A stretch of DNA of 64,000 bases from Salpingoeca rosetta (GCA_033442325.1 JAWQFM010000009.1:1614297-1678296), one strand, 5' to 3'; numbered from the stretch's first letter, positions 21,452 through 34,908 are shown. A program made the numbers and translations. Notes: generated from the sequence alone by a model not told the origin.

Positions 21452-22586
21452 ATGGAGACGGAGATGGAGATAGAGATGGAGATGGGAGTGGACGTGCAGG
21501 TACCGCCACTGCCGCCCGGCCCTCCGCCACGCAGCGCTGTTCGCAAAGCAAGGAAGCGAGCAAAGCGGCAACCGCAACACCCAGAACACAACGAGATGGA
21601 CCATGACGACGACAATGACAACGACACAGACTTGATGGATTCGGATGCTTCACCGCCCTCCTCTCAACCCACACCGCCAATCGTGTTTGCTGACTCGTCC
21701 CCAGAAGAACCCTCTCTTCGACTCTCGGTCAGCACTCGTGAATCCTTTGTTCACATGTGTGTGCGTTGAAGCTGTAGCACGACACCACGCCAACTCGCTC
21801 CCACTCATACTCACAGTTTTACTCACGCTTACATGTTCACACTCTCACTCAACCTCATATTCTCATACTCACTCGCTCGCATTCTCACTCACCCCTCCCC
21901 TTTCTTTCTTTCTTTCTTTCTCTCTGACACCCATAATGCCTTCATCGCGCAGCAACAAGCGGCGGCTGTCGCTGCCTTTTTCACACCCCGATCACGAAGA
22001 CGCTCATCTTCCTCAGCAACAGCAAGCACAGCGCCTGCATCGAAGCCCAAAACATCTGCAAAGCCCCGCCTTCGTCGCCGGTCACGCAGCGCCAAGTCCA
22101 GCCCCATCACCTTTCCCACCCACACTGTCCAGCTGACCGACTGGAGCAACCCGCCCCTGCCCTCCACGCGCGCACAGCAGCGCTTTTCGACGGCTGCTCT
22201 ATTTCACGCGTCTCGCACTCGACTCCGCCCAGGGATGCAGACAACACAAAGTGCGTGTGATGTCATGGTGGGCACAGAAAAGAGGGTGCAGTCTGTCGTG
22301 GCCCCTGCATGGGTTCTGCATCAACCAACACCGTGGCGCAAAGCATAGTGTCGTTGCTGCTGATACACCTGTCACCATCACATTGCCCCCCCCCCCCATA
22401 GTCACGGTCCTGATCCTTTATTCCTGCTTTCTCCTCTTCTGCAGGACACATGTCCCTGTCTCACATGCTGCGAAAGGGCGTAACCCTCACCAACGTGGCG
22501 TCGGCACATGTTGGCCAGTCCATCGACACCCTCCTTCTCCGCTACTCCCAAGGTATGATGCGCGCGCGTGTGTGGGTATGTGCAAG

Positions 22587-22642
<56 letters not shown>

Positions 22643-23097
22643 GTTGTGTAGCAGAGGCTTCGCACACAAACCCAGACGGCGAGTTGCCTACCTGCAGGAG
22701 TCTAGCATTGAGTGCGCGTAGACCGGCACCGATGACTCATTCCGTGAAAACGAGATCCTGTGGGAGTTTTGTATCACGACGCAGAACCCCTATCGTTCGT
22801 CCGCATCGCGTTTTGTTTACATCTAAGACCTGGCAGACAGTACTTTGTTTATGCTTCCTTGGCATCTTTTCGTTCTGAGCTGCCTAACCTAACCAATTAG
22901 TCAGAGCTGTACCCGCCTGTGGTATTAGTAAGGCAGTGCCCGGTTAACTGAGATNNNNNNNNNNNNNNNNNNNNNNNNNNNNNNNNNNNNNNNNNNNNNN
23001 NNNNNNNNNNNNNNNNNNNNNNNNNNNNNNNNNNNNNNNNNNNNNNNNNNNNNNNNNNNNNNNNNNNNNNNNNNNNNNNNNNNNNNNNNNNNNNNNA

Positions 23098-23149
<52 letters not shown>

Positions 23150-25334
23150 CGGGTTGTGCATCCGTTGTCGCATCAAGTGTCGCATGCCACACGTTTTCTC
23201 ACGATCACAATGTTGGTGCTCTCATGGCCGTTGCTGTTGTCGTTTTTGTTGTCATCGATCAGGGTGGCAGAGCGGGTGCCTTGCAGCATGTATTGATGGC
23301 GTGTGCGAGTTGTTTCAAGACGAAGAAGAGGGTGGCATGCAAGCCTACGACCACGCAAGTGCGTTGACACAGTGCTGTTGCTGTTGCTGTTGTCATTTTG
23401 CCCTGTAGCGCGCACAGTTCCATTCTCACACAGCCTCATATGCGGCTTCGTGTGAATTTGTGTGAATTCGTGTGAATTTGTGTGAATTCGTGTGAATTTG
23501 TGATTTTGTGTGTGTGTGTGTGTGTGTGTGTGCGTCCGACATGTACATACGTTTTGCATGTGTATACTTACGCGTAAACTTGCATACACGTGTGTTTCAA
23601 TACGTGTCGCTGCGCCCACCAGTTGAGCTTGGCAGCAGTGCTGTCTTCGACATGGCGTGGGTGCCACGTGAACCGCTCATCTCCTTTGCCGTCGACCGTC
23701 ACTGCCAACTTGTCAATCTCCACCGCATCGAATACAAGACCGTGAGTTGTGAAGCTCGATGCAAAGTTCGACGTGTTTGTTAGTTTGTTTGTTTGTTTGT
23801 TTGTTTGTTTGTTTGTTTGTTTGTTTGTCTGCTAGTGTTGGTGTTCGTGTAAGTGATGTTGCGTGCGTGCAAGTGTGTGTCCTGCCTCGTACTCGCATTC
23901 GACTGCTGTTCCATTGACAGTTTGATATATGATGCATGCACACAACGCACGCCACGCATGCGCTGTCTATGTTTGCCAGACATTTGATGCCGGGAACTTT
24001 GAAACTGTGTCGGCGATTGATGCCAACCCCGACTGCAAAGGTGTGCGTGCGGTCTTATGACACGCAGCAACAGTATTGCAAGTTGCCGTTGACTCGCCAA
24101 GGACTCGACTCGTCACTCGCATTCCCTGGCGCCCCTGCAATCACCATTCTCTCCAACGCTCACCATCACCACCATCACCATCACCACCATCACCACGTTG
24201 CAGATGTGCTTGGGAGCGGGACGAAGAGCGGGTCCATCGCCCTGTGGGACCGCCGTGTATGTGGCGGCGCAGCCGTCATGGGCACGCACGCAACATACGC
24301 AAAGCCTGCACGCGAGTGGCGTATTGACACACTGTCCACGGTCCGTTCAAACAGCAGCACCAACACGAGTCCCATCAACAGCAGCACCGGCAGCACCGCT
24401 GGGCAGACGGCACCAAGATTCAGGCAACAGCGGCCATTGACCGTCACAAGTCGGGTCGTTGACAACAATCCTGCTGCACCCTCATCATCGTCGTCGTCGG
24501 CGTCGTTGCGTCAGCGACCAGCACCGTCGCCAGCTGTGCACCGCATTCGCTTCTTCCCAGACGGTCGACACTTTGCCACAGTCACAGAGCGCAGGTGCAA
24601 AACCCGTGTGCCTGTATGTCTGTGTGTGTGTGTTTGCGTAAAGCGTGTGCGTATGTGTGTGTGTGTGCGTATGTGTGTGTGTGCGTGTGTGTCTGTCTGT
24701 GTGTCTGTCTGTCTGTGCGTGCGTATGCCTCTGCGTATATATGTGTGTATGTGTGAGTGAGTTTGTTTCCGCGCGCTTACGCTTGAAACATTATGCTCAC
24801 ATCGTGCGTTTGCATCTCAACTCCCCTGACACAGCGGCGTTCTGCTGTGGGACATGAGGAAACCGTACCGTGCGCACGCCCGCCAGCCAACACCGGTTTG
24901 CTCCATTGAGCCGCAACTGCGCACACAACGAGGTGTGGGCTGCAAAGACATTGCGTCGCCATTGCATCATGTCGCGCTGCACACGTACGAAGTGCTGTCG
25001 TGCACACTCGCCCCTCGATCACAAGCGCGTTGCCAATCACTTTTACCCTCACACACACACACACATACGCGCACACGTGCATGCGCATGCACGCTCACTC
25101 ACATGCACGCACACGCACGCACGCACACCATTGCTTGTGTACATTCTTGTGTCCTTGGAAGGGAGCAACTTTATGCAGTTTGACATTGACACGACTGGTC
25201 GGCGAATGATGATTGCGTCAGCAGCACTCGACACCGTTGTCTGCGAAGGGTTCATGGAGAACGGTGAGATCACGTTTATGAGTGTATGTGCATTGTGTGT
25301 GTGTGTGTGCGTTGTTTGTGTATGCATGTGGTAC

Positions 25335-25369
<35 letters not shown>

Positions 25370-26478
25370 AAAACTTTGTGTGTTTTGACGGTTGGAATTT
25401 ACTTCGAGCTAAGTTTGCAATCGTCTTGCACCCCAACTCAAATCACACACGATCACTCACTCACGTATTCACTCACTCACGTATTCTCTCGCATATTCAC
25501 AATTGCGCCCGTGCACTGCCACGACCCTGCAGCGTTCTCGCACGTGGTGCTGCGTGATTCCGGGATTGGATATGCACTCGACACACACATGTCCCCCGAT
25601 GGCACCGTTGTCGCCAAAACAACGTCGCTGGGACTGCTTCTCTGGCAGGTGCGTTCACGCGAAGATCGCGCGCGCGCGCGTGTGTGTCTGTATGTGTGTG
25701 TGTGTGTGTGTCCGTGTCTGTGTCTGTGTGTCTGTGTGTCTGTGTGTGTCTGTGTGTGGCGGGATCTGTCTTTGCTCTGTGTCTTTGCTCTGTGCCTGTG
25801 TCTGCGTGTCTGCGTGTCTGTCTCTGTGTCTGTCCCCGTCTCTGTGTCTGTCTCTGCTTGTCCTTCTCTGTGTGCTTGTATGCGGTTGGTGCTTGTGATT
25901 CTGTGCATGTTGCTGTTTGGGTCGCACATGCACACACATTGGCATTGCTTCAACTCAACCCCCGCCCACCCACGCAAAAACACAACCCAACAGGTGGATG
26001 AGCCCAACAACGGCTACACCGCCCTAGATGCAACGCCACTAGCGTTTGCATTTGCACCGACCAGACGCAAGCTGCGCTTCGCCGGCTTTGACTGGGCAGA
26101 CACGCTCATGGCCGGGTCAGTACGTGTGTGTGTGTGTGTGTGTGTGTCTGTGTGTGTGTGTGTCTGTGTGTGTGCGCGCGTGTGTATGTCAGTATGTGTG
26201 CGCGCGTGTGTATGTCAGTATGAGTGTGTGTATGTCTGTGTGTCTGTGTTCTTGTCGACCTTCATGTCTGTCACTTCTGTGTGCGCATGTCGCTGTCTCT
26301 CTGTCTCTGTCCGTCCGTTGCGTGAGTTCCTGCGTACGCCCGTGCCCCTGCCTCCACTCGTTCCGCTCACAGACCGATCATTCTCTGCTGTGTGAACGAA
26401 CACTGTGTACATGTGTTGCAATGTTGTTCACAGGACAATAACGACGGCGCGGTGAAGATGTACGCTTGTCACATGTAA
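21452..26478 (+). CDS. DTL: WD40-repeat protein, denticleless/Cdt2 (DCAF2)-like, divergent; multi-exon, spans an N-gap
   Basis: Exons encode 'SAVFDMAWVPRE', 'VLGSGTKSGSIALWDRR', 'GVLLWDMRKPYRAHARQPTP', 'FMQFDIDTTGRRMM' and 'HMSPDGTVV..LLLWQ', in the same order as the Cdt2 blocks (AVFDLAWVP, GxxDGxIxxWDxR, WDLRKxY). It ends 'DGAVKMYACHM*' (TAA 26476-26478). The start may be 21425 instead. Confidence 0.7.
22955..23096. other. Assembly gap (N run)
   Basis: N characters. Confidence 1.
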
Positions 26479-26705
26479 CTGACACTACGTAAACTACGCA
26501 AACTGTGCAAACTGTTGTCGCTTTATTGAAACATTAAAGTATGCAACGCAGTGTGTTACAGCCATAACTGAGCGACGTCAAATGATTTGGCACCCGCCAG
26601 CATCCCCTACCGCCACGACCAAGCAACGATGCATGCATGCAAACACACACATCCACACACAGACGCACGCACACACACACATCCACACACATCCAAACAC
26701 ACACG

Positions 26706-26784
<79 letters not shown>

Positions 26785-26821
26785 ACACACACACACACAC
26801 ACACACCAACCACCGCCACGA

Positions 26822-27543
26822 TCACGACGCTGGTGGCCCGCGGCTCCGCTCAGGGAGATTCCACACGCGCGTGTGCTCGTCATGCTCCACCGCCTCCTCA
26901 ACCATCACGTGGTGCCGGCACACCGTCATGGTGAACACGTTTGGCGAAACAGGCCTGAGCGCGTGCAGCAGCCGCTGCCCCTCTGCGCCTTGAAACGGCG
27001 CAATGTGCACCCGCGTCATGGTGTGTGTCTGGTGGTGAAAGGCGGCCCACGTCGCCACCGCCAGCTCGTCCAGCAGCAACAGCGGCGGGTGGGCGCAGCC
27101 CGTGCCCGTATCCGCAAAGAAGCACATGCGACGCGAGCGGCCAGGGTAGTCCCCTGCAGCGCGCTGGTAACATGCGCGCGTGACAGGGTGCATGAGGTCG
27201 AGGTGCGGCTCCCGGAACAAGAGCTCAAGCCCAGCCTGCAAGCACTCCTCGCGAAACGTACCCGTACGGCCGCCAATCAACAGCTCAAGGCCCTGCGCAT
27301 CAGCAAGACAGATGACAGCAGAGCCGTGATCGCGAACGACCCACATGGGCGCGGAGGGCATGTAGGCGGCAGGACGGGTGGCGCGGTGCGTGCTCTGGAA
27401 GGTGAGGCTGTCGTCAAGATGGATCGTGAGCCAGTGCTGCGGCCAGTGCCCGACCATCAGCTGCAGGGTGGTGTCTGGCGCCAGGGCATCGCGCATGGGC
27501 ACGTGGCGACAGACCACGGGCGGGCCAGACAGCACCGATGAGA
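26822..27543 (-). CDS. Terminal exon of an unidentified multi-exon gene (upstream exons probably ~27785-27855 and possibly up to ~29700)
   Basis: About 240 codons of GC-rich, complex open frame after a 'ttgcag' acceptor ('[21 protein letters not shown]...SRGPPAS*'). A phase-compatible upstream exon reads 'APQRAVEEDKNQRSSSLNPSSVR'. No family recognised. Confidence 0.55.
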
Positions 27544-27614
27544 CTGCAAGGGAGAAGGGGGGGGGGGTGGGAGAGCAAGTGTCAATAACAGTGTGAGTGA
27601 GTGTGAGTGAGTTT

Positions 27615-27646
<32 letters not shown>

Positions 27647-27648
27647 AG

Positions 27649-27698
<50 letters not shown>

Positions 27699-28175
27699 CA
27701 GTGAGTGGGTGATGATGTGGGGAGGGTACAGTCGTGATTGCATGCATGCAGACGCACAAAAATGTTGTGCGCGTTGACATGGCGCACCTCTGACGCTTGA
27801 TGGATTGAGGGAAGAGGAACGCTGGTTCTTGTCTTCCTCGACTGCACGTTGTGGTGCTGATGTAAACGCAGGCCGCAGACAGAGACAGAAAGGCAGATAC
27901 ACAGAAGCAGAGGAACAATGTGAGAGATGGGGGTGATGATGATAATAGACGAGGCAACAGTCAATTAATTTACCCAGGAGTGCACGTCATGTTCATACAT
28001 GCCCATGTGCATTGTTCGCTCACATGTAGCACGCTGCATTGCTGGGCGGCTGTCAAGACGGTATGACGTGACAGGTGACAGTGCGTCTCCTAAGCCCCTA
28101 TGAGGTACAGCACACCAGGGACGGCAGGGGAAACAAACTGGCTGCAATGAATGTGCTGGTCTGGCTTATGTTTCG

Positions 28176-28230
<55 letters not shown>

Positions 28231-30301
28231 TTGTTGCTGTTGCGGTTTCAGTCGAGCAGCAACGCGACGCAGGACCGGCAGTGCATTGCTTCAGTCACAG
28301 CCGTGTGCTCACACATGAGTGAAAAAAAAAATGTTCAAATCACCCGGACACAATCGTGTGTTGGGGATCGACACGCCAGGCCATACGTTGGGAAAGCAAT
28401 GCTGCAATGTGGGTGCGCCAAAGAAAGAAAAAAGAAGAAAACAAAAAAGGAGCAGACACAGGCAGTGATTCGTCCGTGTGTGTGTGTGTGTGTGCATGTT
28501 AGTGTTCGTGCGTGTGTGTGAGCATGTGTGTGCATGTTAGTGTGCGTGCGTGTGTGTGTGCATGTGTCTGTGTCTGTGCTTTTGTCTGTGCGTGTGTGTG
28601 TGTGTGTTTGGGTGCGTGATAACCACCAACGACAGAGGAGAACAGCCAGAGCACGCACAAACAGCAGGACAGCACGCACACATGTACACATACGTGTCAG
28701 AGGCACAGCAGCCAACCACAGGGAATAAATCTCACCACAGCAGCGCCCGGGGAGCTGAGGCAACCCACTCTACGAGGCATTACGCATGGTTGTACTTGGC
28801 ACTGCGCAGTTCGATGACATGGAACACAACACAAGCCATCTGCGCAGGTAATGCATGTATGTGGGTGCTTGTGGGTATTTGTGAGTGGGGGAGAATGTGC
28901 GTGTCCTCGTGCGTATGTGTGTGTGAGTGAGTGAGTGAGAGTGTGTGTGTGTATGAGTGAGTGAGTGAGTGTGTGTGTGTGTGTGTGTCTGCGTGTGGGC
29001 GCTGGGATATGCGCGCACATGCGTGGTTAGTTGCACAAAGTGGCCAGTTGGGGGTACGGAACCACATGCATCGAGGGTGACTGAGAGGACGCACCAAGAA
29101 GAAAAGAAGAGCGAGCGTGGATGCGCTGTCTGCACTTCTGTGTTCACACACGATGGGAAAAAGCACGTGACCACCATTGCCTGATACTTGTGAGTGTGCC
29201 ATGCCACAGCAGCCACACACCACACACACACGCAGAGCAACGACGCGGGGGAAGAACAGCGAGCAGCACTCACTCACCACTCACAATTGCACACAGTTCC
29301 CATGTAAACCCGTACACACATACACGCGCGCGCTCGCACTCATGCGCCCTCTCCTTTCCCTGAGCAGCGCATCGTCACGCATGCATGGTTCGGAAGTGTC
29401 CGTGTCATCAGACCTTGGTTCACTTCAAAGACGTCTGGGCGGCAACATCACAACGAAAAAAAGGAAGGAAGGCCTCCTTGGCCTGCCCTTACACTCTTTT
29501 TTGCTCTGCGTCCATTCCATCCATTGCGGATCGTTGCTGGCCGTGGACCACTTCAACCTGTCTGTAAGCAAGGGTGGGAGACAGCAGGGAACAAGGAAGA
29601 AGGAAGGATCAGTGAGCAAGGTGGTGGTTGGTTGGTGTTGTGGATTGTTGGGTGGCGGTTACTGAAAATTGATCCATGACGTTCCCAATCATCGGCACTG
29701 ATGCCCTCACCCTTGACCCAGAAGCAGGAAACACCTTAACACTCCTCTCCTACACTCCCTCCTCACTCACTGGCTCACTCCAGCCACCCTCGTGCTTGAC
29801 TCCCAACGTCTGATAGATCTCCTTTGCTTCTGCCGTGCACCCTGTGGTCGTGGGATTGACCAATTATTACGCAATTTATAGGAGCAGAGCAACTTCGTAT
29901 CAACAGTTAGAACAACACCGGATTACTCAATCAATTACAAGTACAAGGAAGGAACTGAAGTACGATTACGGAACTTAGCAAGGGAGCACAGTGAAGCGCA
30001 GCGAATAGCTAGCTCGTCCAATGGCCACTTCAAGGCACAAGCACTGCCACAGGCGTGTGTCTGTCTGCATGGCCATGAGGTGCACGCACACACCACATAA
30101 ACACAGATTCACACGCATGCACACGCACCTACACACGCCCACGTACTCGCACACACGCGCACGCACACACACATACTCGTACACACGCACACACACACAC
30201 ACGCACACGTAAACTCAGCAACAACAACCCAAAACACGCAGAGAACAAAGCCATAGGCGAAGCAGACAGCAAACGCAAAAACGAAAGTGCCGCCCGGCTG
30301 G

Positions 30302-30658
30302 CTAGGGTGGCCGGTTGTGCGAGTAGCGGCAGTTGCAGAAATGGGTGAACTTGCTGCACAGCAAGCAGAAGCCGACATCGCGTAGCTCAGCGGCAAGCTG
30401 TTCGAACAGGAGAGCCAGCAGGTCCTCGCTGCCGTCGATGTTGATGCGCGCCAGCAAGTTGATCACCCGGTACAGCTGTCCCCGAGTGCCACTCCGAAGA
30501 TTGCGCTCCAAGCGTTGCCTAAGCCTCTCCAATTCACGGACTGCCACACGTATCAACTCCTGCGCCTGCTCGCGTGTGATGCCGTGTATGTCGGGGCAAA
30601 ACGGGCTCATGCAATGCCGTCCATTCCCGCTCTTCACGCGCTTTGGTGGTGATGACAT
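30302..30658 (-). CDS. Small intronless Cys-rich protein A (118 aa), unnamed family
   Basis: ATG-to-stop ORF with non-repetitive sequence: 'GNGRHCMSPFCPD', a helical middle and 'LRDVGFCLLCSKFTHFCNCRY'. It is homologous to the ORF at 37790-38140. Confidence 0.7.
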   Translation of the reverse strand: MSSPPKRVKSGNGRHCMSPFCPDIHGITREQAQELIRVAVRELERLRQRLERNLRSGTRGQLYRVINLLARINIDGSEDLLALLFEQLAAELRDVGFCLLCSKFTHFCNCRYSHNRPP

Positions 30659-30953
30659 GTCAGCGTCTGCTGAGGGTGCTGCGCCTGAGAAGACTGCTGA
30701 GGCCGCTGATATGGTCGAGACTGCTCAGGCTGCTGCGGTTGGCGCGTTCCTCGCCACAGTGGGCTGAGTAGTGTGCTGGGGAACAAGGGCCGTGACGGTG
30801 GGGGCGACGAAGTATTGGTATTGGGGTTGCTGGCTTGGCTGGCTTGCTTCAACTGGTCGTGTGGCGGTCTGTCAGGCTGATGCAACGCGGTGTGCTGCTG
30901 GGCACAAGAAATGGATAACTAAGGCATGGCAGCTGCGCATGTGCACACGTCCC

Positions 30954-31011
30954 TGCTCGCGTGGCGCATGATCACGTGGCACCTGCACGTGTCAACGTGC
31001 ACATGGCCAGT
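30954..31011. promoter_or_regulatory. Putative cis-regulatory module upstream of ORF A
   Basis: Contains TGCTCGCGTG, CATGATCACGTGGC and GCACATGGCCAGT. Near-identical words occur upstream of ORF B. Confidence 0.4.
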
Positions 31012-31225
31012 CGGTGGGTTCACACACCATGCGCCCATGCGACAAACGACAAAAGGACAGCCGCACGCGACAAGAAAAAACACGTGGGTTTCGAATTTTT
31101 GTGACGACACCAGCACTTTATTTATTGATGATGTCACAACTGTAGAAGACAACATTGCACAATGCCCACAGCAGTGTTTGTATGCATGGATATGTGTACG
31201 TGTGTATGTATGGTGTGTGGATGCA

Positions 31226-33419
31226 TCAAGACAATAACTGGTGCATCACATCCCTGCTGATGGTGGGTTCTGATGCATGCCACGCTTCAAGATACGCCTG
31301 CAAGGGCGGTGTGTGTGTTCATGTGTGTGTGTTTGTGTGCGAATGATATGGGAACGTGGACAAGTCAATGTGTGAGCACATGTGTGTGTAATTTACGTGT
31401 GCAGTACAAGAGCGCACGTTGCTGATTCGCTTTCTGATGTGATTGTGCATGACAAGCCCAGCTGGTTTGTTTGCTTGCTTGCTTGGTTGTGACGATCCAC
31501 ATCAATCGTGGTGTGTTGTGACACACGCACCATCGCAACCAACCATGTCCCCCTCAAACACAGACACACACGCACACGCACACGCACACACACAGACACA
31601 ACCTTGGAGAGGAGCTGGTGGATGCGAGCGCCTGAGAAGCCGCTGGTCTGCTGCACCAGCCACTCCACATCCTCTTTCTGCCACCGCACGAAACAGGGAG
31701 GGAGGGCAAGGGGGTTCATGTGAACACATCAAGTACACGTCATTATCATCGCCGTCGTCATCAGCAGCAGCAGCACCAGCAGCACCAACAACAACTTAAN
31801 NNNNNNNNNNNNNNNNNNNNNNNNNNNNNNNNNNNNNNNNNNNNNNNNNNNNNNNNNNNNNNNNNNNNNNNNNNNNNNNNNNNNNNNNNNNNNNNNNNNN
31901 NNNNNNNNNNNNNNNNNNNNNNNNNNNNNNNNNNNNNNNNNNNNNNNNNNNNNNNNNNNNNNNNNNNNNNNNNNNNNNNNNNNNNNNNNNNNNNNNNNNN
32001 NNNNNNNNNNNNNNNNNNNNNNNNNNNNNNNNNNNNNNNNNNNNNNNNNNNNNNNNNNNNNNNNNNNNNNNNNNNNNNNNNNNNNNNNNNNNNNNNNNNN
32101 NNNNNNNNNNNNNNNNNNNNNNNNNNNNNNNNNNNNNNNNNNNNNNNNNNNNNNNNNNNNNNNNNNNNNNNNNNNNNNNNNNNNNNNNNNNNNNNNNNNN
32201 NNNNNNNNNNNNNNNNNNNNNNNNNNNNNNNNNNNNNNNNNNNNNNNNNNNNNNNNNNNNNNNNNNNNNNNNNNNNNNNNNNNNNNNNNNNNNNNNNNNN
32301 NNNNNNNNNNNNNNNNNNNNNNNNNNNNNNNNNNNNNNNNNNNNNNNNNNNNNNNNNNNNNNNNNNNNNNNNNNNNNNNNNNNNNNNNNNNNNNNNNNNN
32401 NNNNNNNNNNNNNNNNNNNNNNNNNNNNNNNNNNNNNNNNNNNNNNNNNNNNNNNNNNNNNNNNNNNNNNNNNNNNNNNNNNNNNNNNNNGGCCTGCCCG
32501 AGCGCAGCTTGCAGCAATCAAGACACAAAAGCACACACACACACACACACAACCACACACACACACGCACGCACACACAACCACACACACACACATACCC
32601 CGTACCTGCTGTGTGCTGCGGCGGCCCTGGTTGGCGCAAAGGCGTCGATGCCGTCAAAGAGAACAACAGACGGGCGGGCGCTGCGGGCAGAGGAAAACAG
32701 GCGCCGTATGTTCTCCTCCGTCTCCCCGAGATACTTGCTGAACACGTCCGTCGCCTGACACAGCACACACACACAGTCATGGCGCGTGAGCAGAGGCAAC
32801 ATCAAGCGCGTGCACGGAGTGTAAACAATTACAGGCAAACACAGGCGCAGCATATGCAGGCGTGCACAAATACAAACCCGCGTACCCGCGCGTACCCGCG
32901 CGTAACCACCACACACACACACACACACCAACATACACCATGCAGCACGTACGGAAACGGCAAAGACGGGGAGGTTGAGGCGGTTGATGATGGTGAGGGC
33001 GAGCAGGGTCTTGCCGCAGCCTGGGGGCCCATGCAGCAGCAGCCCCGACGGCGGCGTCAGCCCAAGCGCCTGCAACGACCCTCGCCGCCAGCTCTCAACA
33101 ACAGCCATCACCCGCGCGTGCGTGCTCTGGTAACCGGCAAACGCGCAGGGCGGCACGGTGTTGCGGCTCGGGTGCAGCAGCGGCGCCCACTGCGACGACG
33201 ACGACGACGACGATGATGGTGGTGGTGGTGTGCAGGTCAACAGGGGTGGCAACCGTGACGACGATGGCGGTGCTGGTGCTCCGTGCTGTTGCTGCTGTGG
33301 TGGTGGTGGCGGCGGCGGTGGTCGTAGGTCGATGCGGGTGTCAAAGTATGGCGGACTGAGCAGCGCACGTGCCACCAGCCCTGGGCGACGACACGTGCCG
33401 ATCACAGCAACCTGCACAT

Positions 33420-33464
<45 letters not shown>

Positions 33465-33680
33465 TGTGCTTTGGGATGTCGCCTAGCATGGCGTGACAAG
33501 CCACACGCGTCTGCGCCGCTGCGTGAGCAATGGTGGTCAACATACGTTATTGGCGAGGGCTGTGTCGATGAGCTGCAGAACAGCCTGCAGCAAGTTGTGC
33601 TTCCATTTCAGCGTGTCCACGTTGTCCAGCACTGAAGTTGTTCAGCGTCATGGGTAGTGCGCGTTAAGCTGAACACACAC

Positions 33681-33732
<52 letters not shown>

Positions 33733-34260
33733 ACACACACACACAAAACATTGTCTGACCGAGCAGCTGCGGTGATGATGGTGTGCCATGTGCTGGTGGT
33801 TGTGCTGTCGACAAGGATGCTTCCAGCTCGCCCTTTGCACGATCTAGTTCCTGCAAACACACACAGAATGATGCAATCATGTGAGCGTGAGCGTGGGCAA
33901 ACGACGAAGCAAGGTTGCGCACACGCAGTGCACGCAGCTCATGCAGGCGCAAATGGATGAGGACGACGCAGATGATGGTGCATACCGAAACCGTGCGAGG
34001 CCAGTTTGCAGCATCTTCAAACTTGTTCAGCAGCTGCAGGCGGCGCACACGCCATGATGGCGTGGATGCCATCAACTCCTCAACGAGTCTCGTCTGCACA
34101 GTGCCAACAACACAGGCAAAGGGAAGCAGCGACGTGAACAAGTGAGGTTGCATTATGATGTGCAACAACAACGTCAACAAAAAGGTTTAGCAAAAGCAGA
34201 CAACGCACGCCAAGAAACACACACATACACACACATACGCACACACATACGCACACACAT

Positions 34261-34345
<85 letters not shown>

Positions 34346-34420
34346 TGAGACCTTGCCACTGTGTCGTGGTCCGGCCAGCAGCGTGCAGCATGGCACTGGC
34401 CTTTGTATTCTTCTTCTTCT

Positions 34421-34468
<48 letters not shown>

Positions 34469-34771
34469 ACCACTACTACTGCTGCTCCCTGCCTTCTTCT
34501 TAGATGCATCTTCTTCGCCCTTGTCCACATTGCTCTCCTTCCCCCCAGTCGATTCCACTGATGCCACTGTTTCTTCTGGCTCATCCTCAATCACCGCCCC
34601 CAGTACCACCACCCTTGTCCTCAACTGTTGCAGCAACGCCTCTCGCTGCTGCTCCTGCTGTTGCAACTGCTGCTCCTGCTCCTGCTGTTGCTGCAGATCA
34701 TCACTGCGGCCATGACCGCCACTGCCACCACTGCGACCGCTGCCGTCGTCCTCGTGTGGCTTCATCATCAT
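31226..34771 (-). CDS. AAA+ ATPase of the CDC48/AFG2(SPATA5)/NVL-like type with a degenerate first module; multi-exon, spans an N-gap
   Basis: 'LGLTPPSGLLLHGPPGCGKTLLA' (Walker A), 'ATDVFSKYLGETEENIRRLFSSAR' (pore loop), 'VVLFDGIDAF' (altered Walker B) and a lid 'VEWLVQQTSGFSGARIHQLLSK|AYLEAWHASEPTISRDVMHQLLS*'. Upstream D1 remnants are 'VLDNVDTL' and 'VIGTCRRPGLVARALLSPPYFDTRIDL'. Confidence 0.8.
31801..32490. other. Assembly gap (N run)
   Basis: N characters. Confidence 1.
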
Positions 34772-34835
34772 CCTCTGTGTCGTGTCGGATATGCTTGAAC
34801 AGCACAATTTTCTTCCCCTTTGCAACCGAGTGTTG

Positions 34836-34907
34836 GGGCCCATAGCTCAGTGGTAGAGCGCGTGCTTTGCATGCACGATGTCCCGGGTTCAATCCCCGGT
34901 GGGTCCA
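34836..34907 (+). tRNA. tRNA-Ala (anticodon TGC)
   Basis: Acceptor stem GGGCCCA/TGGGTCC with the G3:U70 alanine identity pair, D-arm TAGCTCAGTGGTAGAGC, anticodon arm CGTGC-TT TGC AT-GCACG, T-arm GGTTCAATCC. Confidence 0.97.
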
Positions 34908-34908
34908 C

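Noticed and set aside
22640-22954. Compositionally odd sequence inside the DTL-like gene
   Set aside because: It follows a (GT)n tract and runs into an N-gap, so it is probably degraded read sequence. No coherent ORF or terminal repeat is present.
23450-23502. Tandem 10-mer (TGTGAATT[T/C]G)n, plus similar short arrays at ~9259-9296 (GGATGGGCGA) and ~41808-41844 (CATCA)
   Set aside because: These are simple tandem minisatellites without unique spacers, so not CRISPR-like.
26582-27541. 319-aa plus-strand ORF, and other long antisense ORFs such as 6905-7843, 36236-37243 and 51765-52850
   Set aside because: They are antisense shadows of GC-rich coding exons on the opposite strand.
29660-30050. 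Microsatellite-free, lower-GC stretch downstream of ORF A, considered as a decayed fourth family member
   Set aside because: The frames examined are interrupted by stops and the FCP/FCxxC motif pair is not recoverable. It may simply be UTR or promoter sequence.
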